A DNA stretch of 55,898 nt, filler included, from Piptocephalis cylindrospora (taxonomy: Eukaryota): NCBI GenBank assembly GCA_003614145.1. It is 4 parts of 4 records of this genome, joined end to end, with 100 filler letters (N's around TTAATTAATTAA, not from the genome) between each part and the next. Parts side by side here need not be neighbours in the genome. Positions count along the whole stretch, not along the records: positions 1 to 13,975 come from KZ987932.1; positions 14,076 to 27,958 come from KZ987933.1; 2 more parts are not named here. One strand, 5' to 3'. The notes under the pieces are model-generated. The model saw only the letters and a program-made list of their open reading frames with translations, searched no databases and was not told where the DNA came from. The position numbers were made by a program, and so were the translations under genes. Shown piece by piece: positions 11,774-24,072 of the stretch; positions within the stretch are counted from its first letter, which is position 1; every line of letters begins with the position of its first letter.

Positions 11774-12202
11774 TAGCATGTGCTCTTATCATCTCTTCGT
11801 TTTTCTATTTTCAAGATACTGTTTAATAAACGAAATTATATATGGCATACCTGATTTCTCGAAGATTCCAAAACACTTGCCGTTTCAATGCATATTACTG
11901 TTTCAAGGCTTGCTCGTATTATATATTATTATTATTGAAAGTAAAAATTGCCAAGATCAGTTTTGACGAACATATCGTACAGTAATACATAATAATAGCG
12001 CGTTGATAGTGTATCGCATCTGTATCGTAAAAAGTGGTAAACAAATCTACATAGGGCTCGTATTGATGACACCGTTTTCCTTTCATCTTTTGGGCATATC
12101 TCGGAGATATGGAGGCGAGAATGACCAAGTTATTCACCCACAGCTTTACCTCCTCTCCGGCTCCTATCCTTCCCCCCTAGCTCTTCACATCTCGTATCCG
12201 TC

Positions 12203-13792
12203 ATGGTGGGAACATGGCGTGTTGGTAGTCCTTTTCTTCCTAGACTATTTGGTCTCTTTCCCAAGGACACTGCTCAGCCTCATCGCGCTTTCCGGGCGGC
12301 AGTACACTCCTGGCAACGCGAGCCCGCACGCATTTCAGACCCTTCTACTTCGTCAACGCATCCTGCACGCCCCCAGATATCTTCGACTGCACGAGATACG
12401 AATCGAAAAGGAAGATCCGCGCCCAAGCGACTAGATGAGACCAAGGGTGCCTTTCAGCACAGTATGTCGCTTCTTGGGGTAGATCGGGTCATACGAAAGG
12501 AGCGCGAAAAAAAGCTTCCCATGTTAGTTGGCGAGATTAACGCCCTCTTGCGTAGCTACCTCTCGACCGACCCCTCAGACTTGGCTTGCTCGATGACCCA
12601 AAAGGATATGGAGTTTCTTACTCGACGCGCCACTAGTTCCCCCCCTTCTCAGGGTACTCTGGAAGCCTTTCATCTTCTACTCCGAGCCCATCAAAAAGGC
12701 AAGTATCCAATCCCGGGGCAGCTGATCCGATCCTGGGTCTACCATCGACTTTTGAATTCTAAAGAGCCTTGGGTATCGACCCAAGTATCGGCCTTGCGGC
12801 AGGATGAAGTGGCCAAGGACCAGGTGAAAATGTGGAGGTTTGTGTATGATGCGCGACGGGAAATTGATACCGAGGGATGTAATCCAGGGTCCCTGGTACA
12901 GATGATGGAGTACATGGCATATCGGTCCAATTTCAAAGCCCTCTTCCTCCTCCTTCACTCCTTGACGCGAACCAACTGGACGGAGGATGCCAACAGTCGT
13001 TTAGCTACCTTCTTGACTGGAGTGCGTAGTGAGGCCATGGTCGTGCGGTGGATACAACGAACTGTCGCCCTCTGGGAGGCCAATTTAGCACCCCTTTCCC
13101 TATCCGAAGACAATAGGGCGGCTTTTAAGGACCTTCTCAACCAGGAGCCTAACCCCTTGGAGCAGTCATTCAAGTGGTGGGATAATCTGATCAGAGAGGG
13201 CAAGTCGATTCATCCATTTGAAGGTCGAGCTCTGGCCCGTAGATTTCGCCAGGAGGGGATGATCAAGAAGTCCACAAGTATTCTTGAGTCGTCTACCTAT
13301 GTCCCTCCCTCCACTACCTTTCTCACGGAGCAACGATGGACTCGGGATTTGGAGAAAGCCATCCAGGACCGATCCCTTGAGCAAGTGGAGGATTTGATCC
13401 AGCAAGCTATGAGCAAAGACATTTTTCTCTATGAACACGCGTTTTGCGCGCTTCTTCGGCATCTCCCGTCCAGTTCCTTTGACTATATCGACCACCTTCT
13501 TCTGTACTCCCGGGCCCCGGTGAAGGGTGTGGCCATCTGGGATGTCCGAGCCCACGAGTATGGCCTTCGTGGGGATGGTGAGGGATTGCGGCGAGTATTA
13601 CGTGCGTCCCTAGATGGGACGTTTACACCGGACGCCCGGATTTACACCACTCTCATCCAAGCCTTTAGCCGACTGGGTATGCTTGCCGAGATCCGACAGT
13701 GCGTGGGGGGATGTCATCAACACGGCATTGTCCCCACCTCCACATTAAGGAAATCGCTTGATCAAGCCTTTCCTTCTTCAGTGTGGACATGA
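12203..13792 (+). CDS. Probable mitochondrial pentatricopeptide-repeat (PPR)-like protein, intronless
   Basis: 529-aa ORF with an Arg/Ser-rich presequence-like N-terminus. C-terminal PDARIYTTLIQAFSRLGMLAEIRQCVGGCHQHGIVP resembles a PPR motif; other repeats are degenerate. Confidence 0.55.
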   Translation: MVGTWRVGSPFLPRLFGLFPKDTAQPHRAFRAAVHSWQREPARISDPSTSSTHPARPQISSTARDTNRKGRSAPKRLDETKGAFQHSMSLLGVDRVIRKEREKKLPMLVGEINALLRSYLSTDPSDLACSMTQKDMEFLTRRATSSPPSQGTLEAFHLLLRAHQKGKYPIPGQLIRSWVYHRLLNSKEPWVSTQVSALRQDEVAKDQVKMWRFVYDARREIDTEGCNPGSLVQMMEYMAYRSNFKALFLLLHSLTRTNWTEDANSRLATFLTGVRSEAMVVRWIQRTVALWEANLAPLSLSEDNRAAFKDLLNQEPNPLEQSFKWWDNLIREGKSIHPFEGRALARRFRQEGMIKKSTSILESSTYVPPSTTFLTEQRWTRDLEKAIQDRSLEQVEDLIQQAMSKDIFLYEHAFCALLRHLPSSSFDYIDHLLLYSRAPVKGVAIWDVRAHEYGLRGDGEGLRRVLRASLDGTFTPDARIYTTLIQAFSRLGMLAEIRQCVGGCHQHGIVPTSTLRKSLDQAFPSSVWT

Positions 13793-13921
13793 GGGCGGCC
13801 ATTTACCTTTTTTTGTATAAAAATATAGATTTGACTCTTCATCCTTCATACCAAGTCAAATGCACTTCCTGGATTAGTCAAACAGAACTTGGGCTTGTTT
13901 AAAAAAACGATAAAAAGATAC

Positions 13922-13975
13922 TGCGTTGGCGGGGAATCGAACCCCGGTCTACCGCGTGGCAGGCGGTAATTATAC
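13922..13975 (-). tRNA. tRNA-Gly(GCC), 5'-truncated by contig end
   Basis: Reverse complement GTATAATT-ACCGC-CT-GCC-AC-GCGGT-AGAC-CGGGG-TTCGATT-CCCCG-CCAACGC-A gives the anticodon arm, T arm and 3' acceptor strand. T-runs follow on the minus strand (Pol III terminator). Confidence 0.92.
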
Positions 13976-14075
13976 NNNNNNNNNNNNNNNNNNNNNNNNN
14001 NNNNNNNNNNNNNNNNNNNTTAATTAATTAANNNNNNNNNNNNNNNNNNNNNNNNNNNNNNNNNNNNNNNNNNNN
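13976..14075. other. Artificial contig spacer N44-TTAATTAATTAA-N44
   Basis: Exactly 100 bp; the central 12-mer gives stops in all six frames; identical to the two other spacers. Confidence 0.97.
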
Positions 14076-14131
<56 letters not shown>

Positions 14132-14169
14132 CACACACACACACACACACACACACAGAACACACACAG
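14076..14169. repeat. (CA)n microsatellite at contig start
   Basis: Near-perfect ACAC run directly visible. Confidence 0.95.
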
Positions 14170-14364
14170 AACATGCCTCCCTCTCCCACTCTCTCTCCCC
14201 ATACCCAGCTCCACATCCCCTTCTTGGGATCTCCTTGACGCCGTTGGACACGCCTCATCATTATCCACCTTGACTTGATTCATCTTTCCTTCCTTCTCTC
14301 ATTCCATCCCACCCCATCCCGATCCCTCCCTCCCTCCCTCCTTGATCTTCCTTCCAAGTGCAGC

Positions 14365-16093
14365 ATGGTCGATAAAAGTAGCCTTCGTAGCAGTAACAAG
14401 GGTCAGCAGGCTCCACCGTCGAAAGATCAGGATATTGTCTTGGAAGACGCCACTCCCAGTACTGCTCAAAACAATATCTCAGACAAGGAGGCCTATGCCC
14501 TGATCCTGACTGGTAAGTGCTGCGGAGCCCCTTCTCCCTGCGCCCTACACTACTCATGCCCCCATAGACATCCAACAACACCTCAGCTTGCTGGACAAGG
14601 CCGTGAGCACGTTTGAGGGCCGCTTCACCTCCCGGGTCCTTCGTACACTTCCCTCCCTGCGTCGGCGTCTCACAGGACCCTTCCTCTCCCGAGCCATCTC
14701 CACACTTCTCCCCTCCAGTAACGCGGCTCGGAAGCACTTGATCGGATACCTTGACCCTCCATCGGGGTCCTCCTCCTCCTCCTCCTCCTCCACCTCTGTT
14801 CCTCTGCATCCCGAAAGTGAGATCTACCTCACCCTTCTAGTGCTGATCCTTTTGATTGATCAACGCAAGTACGATCAGGTCCGTCCCTCCTTTGTCTCAC
14901 TCCCATCCTCCTTTCCATGCTAGGCTCACCCCTTCAATCTTCCTCTTTTTCTAGGCCAAGGAATTGTCGGAAAAGACTATCCAAAAGGTTCATACATACA
15001 ATCGTCGGACCCTGGACCCCCTTTCGGCCAGGATCTACTTTTATTATGTCCGGGCCTATGAGCTCTCGGGACAATTTGATCGCGTTCTTCCGTAAGTATC
15101 CTTTTCTGTACCTCCCCCCCTCCCCTCTACTTACTCTCCATCACCCCTCTCACCTCTAGAACGCTGATGGAGGCCCAGAGGTTCTCGGCCCTGCGTAGGG
15201 ACACGGAGAGTCAGGCCACCCTGATTAACCTTCTTCTCCGATTCTACTTTCACTTTGGTCTGCATGAACAAGCTGACAAGTTCATCGCCCACACCCCGTT
15301 CCCCGAGGGCGCTGGGAATAACCAGGCTGCCAGGTACAATTACTACCTGGGACGGGTGAGGGCCCTGCAACTGGAGTACTCCGAGGCCCATGCCCATCTC
15401 CTTCAGGCCTCCCGGAAGGCCCCGCAAACCGAAGTGGCTTCGGGCTTCCTTCAGGCCGTGCAAAAGGTCCTTGTCGTGGTGGAGCTCCTCATGGGTGAAA
15501 TCCCCGAGAGGTCCTTGTTCCGGCAAAGGCCCTACACCCATGCTTTGGCCCCGTACCTGGCCATCACTCAGGCTGTACGGACCGGAGATCTGGATCAATT
15601 CCAACAGGCCCTATCCAAGCATCAGGCCTCATTCAAGCCCGATCAGACCTACACCCTGATCCTCCGGCTAAGGATCAACGTGATCAAGACGGGCATCCGC
15701 ATGATCAGTCTTTCCTACTCCCGCATCTCCCTCAAGGACATTTGTCTCAAACTCCATCTGGACTCAGAGGCTGATGCTGAATCCATCGTGGCCAAGGCTA
15801 TCCGGGACGGGGTCATCGAGGCTAGGATCGACCATGAGCGTGGGTTCCTCCATGCTCGTGAGGCCAGTGACATTTATGTGACCCGCGAGCCCCAGTTGGC
15901 CTTTGACCAGCGCATCTCCTACTGTCTCAACCTTCACAATCAATCCGTTCGCGCCATGCGTTATCCCCAGGATGCGCATAAAAAAGAGCTTGCCATGGTC
16001 GAGGATGCCCGCGAGAGAGAGAGAGAGACTGTGGCCATGATCGAGGAATCGGGGGACATGGATGAGGAGGAGGATGATATGGGTGACTACTGA
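14365..16093 (+). CDS. RPN3: 26S proteasome lid subunit Rpn3/PSMD3, 4 exons (14365-14512, 14568-14878, 14955-15091, 15160-16093), 509 aa
   Basis: NRRTLDPLSARIYFYY, QATLINLLLR, ARYNYYLGRVRALQLEYSEA, ELLMGEIPERSLFRQ and the PCI domain SYSRISLKDICLKLHLDS..IVAKAIRDGVIEA. In-phase GT-AG introns. Confidence 0.95.
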
Positions 16094-16548
16094 GCCATGC
16101 GATCGTGGCGAGGGTGAGATGGGATATACAAGAGGGTGGGAAGGAATGAATGGGCGGCTCCTTTCCTTTTTCTTTTCTTCTAAACTGGATGAATAGACCC
16201 TTGAGAGAACAAGGGAGAGAAAGAGGGAAACCGGGGATAGTATGTGGGAGATGCATCCCTTTCCGGGGTAAAGTGCCTTGGCTCACTCAGGACCCTGAGT
16301 CGATGTCTAATTTAAATTGAATGCGTCTCCTTGCAATTATCTTTGAGCTCGGGCAAAGGAGGATCGTGGGTAGATGGCTTGGAGTAATCCTGTTCGCGGC
16401 TCATCCAAAGTGTGTGTCCTTGTTTTGTCATTGTTGTGTGTCGAAAAGTCGGGTCGGCTTCAAACATTATGCAGCCCTCTCCTCATGTCCCGCCCCCTTA
16501 CTGGTTCCACGGGTGGTTGACTCCTCTACCATCATCAGTTCTCGATAT

Positions 16549-16552
<4 letters not shown>

Positions 16553-16588
<36 letters not shown>
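16553..16588. repeat. (CA)n microsatellite upstream of UBC4
   Basis: Perfect CA run. Confidence 0.9.
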
Positions 16589-16589
<1 letters not shown>

Positions 16590-16913
16590 TGCTCTGTCAT
16601 GGTCTGGAGAGAGGGGGAGGGGATACCCAACCATTGTGGTCTACACAGCCCCTCTCTTACTCTCCCCTCTTTAAAGCCCCACACACTACTGACCTGGTCA
16701 GGAAGAGACTTGTCTGCACACACACACACACGCACTGAAATTTCCTCCCCCCTTCTCTCCATACTCACCGCCCACGGTATAAAAAAAGGACACATCCCTC
16801 GCCCGTCACCACCCACTCCCTCGTCTCCCCAGCTTCCCTTGCTACTTTTCTCTCCACTTTACTTCCCTACACTCTTTCCATCCCTCTCTCACACGCACAC
16901 AGACCATCTCACC

Positions 16914-17434
<521 letters not shown>

Positions 17435-17956
17435 ATGCTTTCTAGGCCCCCCTTTTTTTTCTCTCTGTTTCCCCCGGTTCTCTCTGGAGGAAGCGCCATG
17501 GTTGGTGGATGGGATGGGATGTCGTTGATAGGGAGTGCGGGGGGGTGGATGAGTGAATGGTGAGAGGGGCATGTCGTGATGGAGGGAATGCGTGGTAATG
17601 TCCCCCCATCCCTCCTTCCCCTTTGGACATGAATTGTTTTCCGAGAGGAGGGGAAGGGGGGTGAAAGAGGCTTGTTGGGTAGCTCGGGGTGTATTTTCAT
17701 CCCTCTTTCTCCCCCTCTCCTCCCCTCCTCCTTTTCCCGATTCTGTCCTGTCGTCATGAGGGAGGAGAGGGCATATCCCGTCTTTCTGCCATCTGCACAC
17801 CTTTTTCCCAATACATCACTTCCCTGCTCTTTGTTATCCTTTCGTTCCTTGATCCTCTCTACTCACTCTTTCTCTCTCCACATTCCCTTTCTATTGATCA
17901 AATCTAGATTTCCCTATATACATCCACCCTTTCAAACTCTGTCATCCTTCTCCTTC

Positions 17957-19751
17957 TCATCCAACGGGCAATCGAGAGGCTGCATCCTCAATATCCTCCT
18001 TTAGCCCATCCCCTTCCTCTCCTTCGCCTTCTCCCTCTTCCTCTCCTTTGGGAAGAGAGGTCTCCACTAGGGAAAGGGTACTCTCCACTTGCCGACGGGC
18101 TCCCTCAACCTGACGATCATACACCTCCATTCCTGGATCCCCCTCACACCTTCGACCCTCCAGGGTCTTGATAGGCCCCTCCCCGAGGATGTCTCTCCAT
18201 GTGAGAGTATTGATCCTTGAGGGGAGGATGGTTCCAACGGCGCCCTCCTCTCCCTCTCCCTCTCCCTCTCCCTCTTTTCCCTCCAACACCCTCCTTGCCC
18301 CATCCACACAGAGAACTCGGTAGAGGAAGGCGAGACAGGCCCGGTTGTTGCACCGAAGAGCCTCAACGGGGTCCACTACCACCGGAGTCTCATGCTCCTC
18401 CCCGTTCCTCCTCTGCTTTCGTCGTTTCCACCATCCCATGGCTCCGGCCGGAGTGGCCCAGCGGAAGAGGGTGGGAAAGTCGCTTTGGTTCTGATGGGCC
18501 GATCCCCGGATCGTCATCAGGTAGCTGGGTTCCGGGGTCTGGGCCATAGTCTGGGACAAGGCAGCGTAATTCGACTTCCAACGAGTAAAGACTTGCGAGT
18601 TGATCGAGATCACCGGTCTCGGAGGAGGAGGGATCTCCGGCCCCAGAAGACCGGAGGCCTCCAAAGGTAGCATCCACGTATCCATGGCAATACCTGCCAC
18701 AAACCTTCCTGGGGTCTGGTGCATCGAGGCAAAGGTCGTGGCTGCGCCAAATGAATGGCCCGACATGATGACCCGGGACATGTCCAGTCGCCCTGCTAAA
18801 TCTCTCGGCGTGAATGGCGTCGACATGGGGGTGGAGGTAAGCCGATTATTCTTCTTGGACTTGGAGGATGAAGAGGGGGGGGGGGGATGGAGAGTCCGAG
18901 ATTGGACATGCCTGGATCGACGATTCAGAGTACGTTCCGTCATTCAGCCCGTCCAGCAGGGACCACACCGCTTGGACCTCCCGGACTCGATGCTCCAGCT
19001 GTTCTCGCCGAATGGGCTCCTCCGCCTCCGAGGTCAGGATGTGTCGGTATAGGACGGGGTCCTTACCCTTCTGAAGTCCGCTCACGGCAGCGGAGCCTTC
19101 CCGATGCTCCAGGGCCGCCACAACAAAGCCGTACGATGCCATCTCCCCACAAAAGGTCGAGTAGGTCGTCCTGCACCCACCCAGCCCATGGGAAAATAGC
19201 ATGACTGGGAAGCGGATGGACTGAACTACGGAGGAGGTCGAGGGAGTCGGCGAGGGGGAAGGAGAGGCTGAGCTCATAATGGACTCAGGGTGGATCTTGG
19301 GGAGCTGTGAAGCCAGAGGGGCGTTCATATGAGCGGGAAGTCGGGTAAAGGAGAGGGTGGAGGCAAAGAGGGGTCGGGAGATGTACCAAGGCACCTTGAG
19401 GAAATGCCCATAGCCCGTGCTGTACAATTTGAATGGATTGGGTAACCAGTGAGGTCGTGGGTACATCCGCTCCGAGTGACTGGGAAGTTCGGCGGGATAG
19501 TAGAGACGAAAAATGACCGGTTCAGTATGTTCCTCCTCCCTGGAAGGAGTAAATACAATATCATGGCATCCGACCGCATAGGGCCCAGAGTAGGGTGGAA
19601 GCGTAGGGAACACACTGAGCCGGGATGGGGTGTAATCCGGGCGCTTCCCGTCCTTTCCCTCGCTATGCGGGATAAGCGGGGGCGGGGGTTGAGGGGGAGG
19701 GATGGGTCCTAGCTCCTCCTCTTGGTCTCTATTTCCAGGATGTGGATTCAT
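17957..19751 (-). CDS. Platelet-activating-factor acetylhydrolase (PAF-AH II type) alpha/beta hydrolase, split by a 1-bp frameshift in G12 at 18875-18886
   Basis: LPPYSGPYAVG, FRLYYPA, FPVMLFSHGLGGCRTTYSTFCGEMASYGFVVAALEHREGS in one frame; nucleophile GHSFG, AMDTW and GSAHQNQSDF in the next. Total 1795 = 3n+1. Confidence 0.85.
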
Positions 19752-20356
19752 TCGGCGGAGCAGGAGGTTAAGCAAAGCAGGCTATATGGGTGATGAGAGG
19801 GGGGGAAAGAGAAGGGGAGGAGGGGAGGAGGGGAGGAGAGAAGAAGAGATATGCGATGAAGAAAAGTATCTGAATGAGGGACCTAGTGCGCCTTTATACC
19901 CTCCTTCCCTTCCTTCTCCTTTCCAGACATCTCCTAGGCCGTGTGGGTAACGGTCACCAAGGTTCTTTCACTCTTCCAAGTAGAGCTAAAAACCGTGGGA
20001 GGCTGAGCTGAGCTGGGCTGGGTTGGGCTGGGCTGGGGTTTTTGGGTTTGATGGTTGTGTGAGCACACGCACATGTATGCGCGTGTGTTGGGGAAGAGGA
20101 TGTGTGTGGAGGCCGGTTAGGAGATACACACTGCTCTCTCTTTATAGATCAACAATAGAGGATCGTGTGTGCAAGGATCATCAGGCCACACACTATATAT
20201 TTAAACAGGAGGCCATGATGAATTGGCATGTGACATTATAGCGACTTGTACTTGAAATGTCTCTTACTACTCCTAGTACATGTGCTCTTGGATGATGATT
20301 TACTGTCTATAAGTATAAAGTGTAACACCCATCCCGTCTCCCGCTCGGATATGCAA

Positions 20357-21838
20357 TCAAACCCGGCTCCAAAGGCTCCGGGAAAGGTACCATCGAAAGG
20401 GAATGAGGAGAAGGGTTCCGAGGATACATACTCCTCCGGCAAACATCTCAGCTGGGAGGTACGATGTGTTTGGGGCCGTCGAATCGATCAGAGCCCCAAA
20501 TACCGGGGGCCCCACGAGCTCGCCCATAAACTGAATCCCGAGGATCAGACCGACGGCCGAGGACCCCTCGGCAAGTGGGACGAGACTGGCTGCGAGAATG
20601 GGTGGGATGATGACAAAGCCAGCGAGGGAGATCCCATGGATGATGGCATACGCCAAAAGGGGCCCGAGACTCAGGGCAAAGGGCCACAGGAGAAGGGAGG
20701 TGAGGCCGGCAATGAGACAGGAGATGAGCAGGGTATTGACATGCCCATACCGATCCGCCACCCAGCCCAGACCCACTCGTCCTGCCCCGTTGGACAGGGT
20801 CAGGGTCATCCCCACCCAGGCCCCCACATCGTCTGACATGCCCAGGAAGGAGGCGTAGGAGGGGAGGAAAAAGAAGGGGACCATGAAGCTGATCGTGTAG
20901 ATGGATACCATCAGCGTCAGGAGAGCCAAGCGAGGGTAGCGTCGAAGGAGGGTCCAGTCAAAGACCCGTCTGAAAGCCTCGCTCCACGTCGGTTTGTGGG
21001 ATGAGGCCTTTGAGGCTGGGACGTGTTGAATCCTCTCTCGGACCAGACAAGTGACCAGGGTCATGGACAGGAGGATGGCCAGGGCCGTGATACGAAGGGA
21101 CCATCGTACACCCACCCGTTGGAACAGGACTTGAGTTACTTGCATTTGAACCACTCCCCCTGCACAGGTACCAAAGTAGAAGAGTCCAGAGGCTAGGGCC
21201 TGACGCTTCCGGAACCACTGGCTGGGCAAATGCACCATGGGGAAGAGGCATAGGGACACGGAGATCCCGACGAGGACGCCTTGAGTCAGATACAGGTGCC
21301 ACAGCTCGGTCGAAAAGGATGCCAGGATAAGGGAGGCGGGAAGGAGGATGGTGCCGAGCAGGAGAGGCCGAAAGACCCCGTAGTATCGCACCAACGTCCC
21401 CACCACCAAACCTACCCCGAGAAACAAGGCCATACACAGGGACCCGATCATGGCCAGGGATGAGTTGGACAGGTTCCCATGGATCAAAACCGGTTCGGTC
21501 CTATCCAGGTAAGCCCTTTGGTACAGAGACCAGGTGTAGGTGTAGCCATCAGCAAAAAACGTGCCGATAAAGGCCAGAATCAGATTCAACCATGCCCTTG
21601 GGTGGTCCCGTGGGTAAAGTTCAATGACCGAGGGATCTTGCTGCGCCAATATGGACGTTTCCTCATTCACTATCGAGACCTTGTCCGGAGTAGTGATACC
21701 CTCCTCGTCCCTCGATGGTTTTCGGGATAGGGGTGTGCCTGGGAGGCTTGGCTCAATGATGGGGCCTTCCGCTGAGACCGAGATATTTGAAGTGTCCAGG
21801 GCATTGGGGGAAGACTCCCCATGGATGACCTTGGTCAT
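20357..21838 (-). CDS. MFS monocarboxylate-transporter-like permease (MCT/Mch family), intronless
   Basis: 493 aa, about 12 hydrophobic segments; AWLNL, LWHLYLTQGVLVG, SQWFRKRQALASG, GRVGLGWVADRYG. Confidence 0.9.
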   Translation of the reverse strand: MTKVIHGESSPNALDTSNISVSAEGPIIEPSLPGTPLSRKPSRDEEGITTPDKVSIVNEETSILAQQDPSVIELYPRDHPRAWLNLILAFIGTFFADGYTYTWSLYQRAYLDRTEPVLIHGNLSNSSLAMIGSLCMALFLGVGLVVGTLVRYYGVFRPLLLGTILLPASLILASFSTELWHLYLTQGVLVGISVSLCLFPMVHLPSQWFRKRQALASGLFYFGTCAGGVVQMQVTQVLFQRVGVRWSLRITALAILLSMTLVTCLVRERIQHVPASKASSHKPTWSEAFRRVFDWTLLRRYPRLALLTLMVSIYTISFMVPFFFLPSYASFLGMSDDVGAWVGMTLTLSNGAGRVGLGWVADRYGHVNTLLISCLIAGLTSLLLWPFALSLGPLLAYAIIHGISLAGFVIIPPILAASLVPLAEGSSAVGLILGIQFMGELVGPPVFGALIDSTAPNTSYLPAEMFAGGVCILGTLLLIPFRWYLSRSLWSRV

Positions 21839-23085
21839 AATAGTGATAGTTAGGGGGAGAGAGGAGACGATAAAGGACAGGTCCTTTTTGGATGTTTCGG
21901 TCTGAAAAGAGGAAAGGCGTAGGGAGGAGGGGGGAGAAGGAGAAGGAGAGTAGAATGGATTGTATCAAGCAAGGATCAGGGGGGGAGGGAAAACCATGTC
22001 CTTGGCTATGAGATAGCAAAAATTGCCTGAGGATATGTGTCTTTCATTATCCTATTTCTCGAGGAGGACTCTTCGATCCTTCCCACACTCCCCTGGAAGC
22101 CGGTTTCTCTGGATAACGTCGGTTTTATCCGTGTATATGAACAGGGGATGATGATGTTTTTTTTCCCTGATCTTGACACTCGAGACATGGATCGATACGG
22201 CTCATAAAGACTGGTGTACTGTTTTAAAACTGGTTGGATGAGTTGAGCAAGCCATGAAAAAGGTTTTTTTTTCATTAAAACGGATCAAAGACTCAATGGT
22301 ACCCATTCCATCCTAGTATTGCAGGAGAAGAGCGCCTCGAAGCTTCGGATGGCGTGGGATATGGCCTGATGAGGGGGACCGTCGGCTCCCTCTTGACCCG
22401 AACCATACGTTTACACTATGGGAGTAATTCTACTGCGGTATCGGAGACTCAATGCGCCTCTGTGCAGACTGAGAGACTGGTTACGTGGAAACCGGCTTGG
22501 GTGGGCACTAATGCGCCTCTCACAAGCCCATCTTTTGACCTGAAAACTCGTGCATTTTTCTCGTGTGGGGTTTATTCCCATTGTATGGGCTCAGCTAATA
22601 CAGAGGCCAGCTTTGCACGAGGGCTTCTCTACTTCATCTCCGACAACCGGCCCTGTTGTTGCTCACACCCAATCCTTACAAATGCCTACTGAAGGGCGGT
22701 TCTCACCTGGCCCTTACCTTCTTATCCATAGGCTCTTCAGCAGTGAGGGTCAGGGTCAGTTGGGGTTCAGTGTTCGGCCCGTCGACCCACCTCAACCAAT
22801 CAATACCTTCGCTATTCTCTTCCCTCTCTCTAATGTCCCTTGGATTCCAACTCCGTCTATCCATTAAGTACTCGACAGGGAGAGGGTAATCGGATGCCAG
22901 CCATCTCCTTTCCTTTCCTTCCTTCCCTTTCCTTTCACGATCGTCTCAAGCACCTTTGCACCCTTTTAACCACATTACGCCTTCAACCGTACCACTCTCC
23001 CTTTCACCGCGACGCGTTCAATTACAAGCCATTTTTTCAAGCCCCTCTCCCTCTCCCCCTCCCTCCCTTCTCTACTCCTTGCAAC

Positions 23086-24072
23086 ATGCTCCTACACGCT
23101 AACGTCCTTTCCACCATCCTGCTTTTTGGGTCTCTTGGCCCTCTCTCTCCTTCCGTCTCGGCCATTCCCATGAATCAGGGATTGACGAGTGACCATCGCG
23201 CTCCAGCCTTTCATTGGAAACTACCTTCCCCACACGACCAGGAGAATGATCGCCGTCAACCCCTTCATCTTACAGCTCCCTCACCGATCATGCACGACCA
23301 AAAATATTATCCAGGTGCTTCGGGTTTTGTTCCTGGGGAGGGAGCCAAAGCCTTAAAACCTCAAATCCCCCTTCCGCATATTGACACTTTCTCCAGAAAT
23401 GTGATCCTCTACGATGTATCCAAAAAAAAGCTCAAGGGAGCTCTCACTAAGCTCAAAGATCTGGATAAATGTCTGCGACAAGCTAAAAGTATCCAAAGGC
23501 CCAAACGCCTGTTTTCTTTCAGTAAGAGCTTAGAAGGTTGTTTGGATAAGGCCTATAAATCCATCCCGGATAAGAAACGCTTCACACCACTCATCGAGTA
23601 CTCTAAGGGAATCGAAGATCCCCTTTACGACTTGGCCAAGGATCTCAAACTCGAGGAAATTTGGGGGGAGTATGACCATATCGGGGGAGATCTCCTAGAT
23701 GGTCTTCAATCATTTTTGAATTGGGTAGAATATTGGGAGACCCACAGAGATACGGCCGTCGCTTCCCTTCTAACCTCTGAGAATGTTCGCATGGCCAAAA
23801 ATCTGCACAAATCGCTTCCTCCCCTATCGGATTATGACTTTGGCTTTATCCGCGGCTATGCCAATCTGGTGCTTGATCTCGAAAACCGCAAGAATAGAGG
23901 AGAGAAAAACCTCGTTTCACATCTTTTGGATAGGTGTAGGATTTTAAAGGAACGCGCTGCCGGAAAATTACGCGATATTAACCAGAAGATGAGCGCTTTT
24001 TTCGAAAGGTTTACGGAACTTGAGATCGAGTATATACCCATTACGCCTTCCTCTAATGGGGCGGGCCGTTAA
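23086..24072 (+). CDS. Putative secreted orphan protein, 328 aa, helical and Lys-rich
   Basis: Long intronless ORF. ATG 23086 follows a pyrimidine-rich leader and gives signal-peptide-like MLLHANVLSTILLFGSLGPLSPSVSA-IP. No recognisable family. Confidence 0.65.
   Translation: MLLHANVLSTILLFGSLGPLSPSVSAIPMNQGLTSDHRAPAFHWKLPSPHDQENDRRQPLHLTAPSPIMHDQKYYPGASGFVPGEGAKALKPQIPLPHIDTFSRNVILYDVSKKKLKGALTKLKDLDKCLRQAKSIQRPKRLFSFSKSLEGCLDKAYKSIPDKKRFTPLIEYSKGIEDPLYDLAKDLKLEEIWGEYDHIGGDLLDGLQSFLNWVEYWETHRDTAVASLLTSENVRMAKNLHKSLPPLSDYDFGFIRGYANLVLDLENRKNRGEKNLVSHLLDRCRILKERAAGKLRDINQKMSAFFERFTELEIEYIPITPSSNGAGR

Noticed and set aside
14020..14031. TTAATTAATTAA as a piggyBac target or regulatory palindrome
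   Set aside because: It is embedded in Ns and repeated identically three times, so it is an artificial linker.
20002..20036. (GCTGR)n pentamer run as a functional element
   Set aside because: Short simple repeat in intergenic DNA with no further support.
22840..23085. 82-aa N-terminal extension of the secreted orphan
   Set aside because: Pyrimidine-rich leader-like sequence; the signal peptide begins at ATG 23086.
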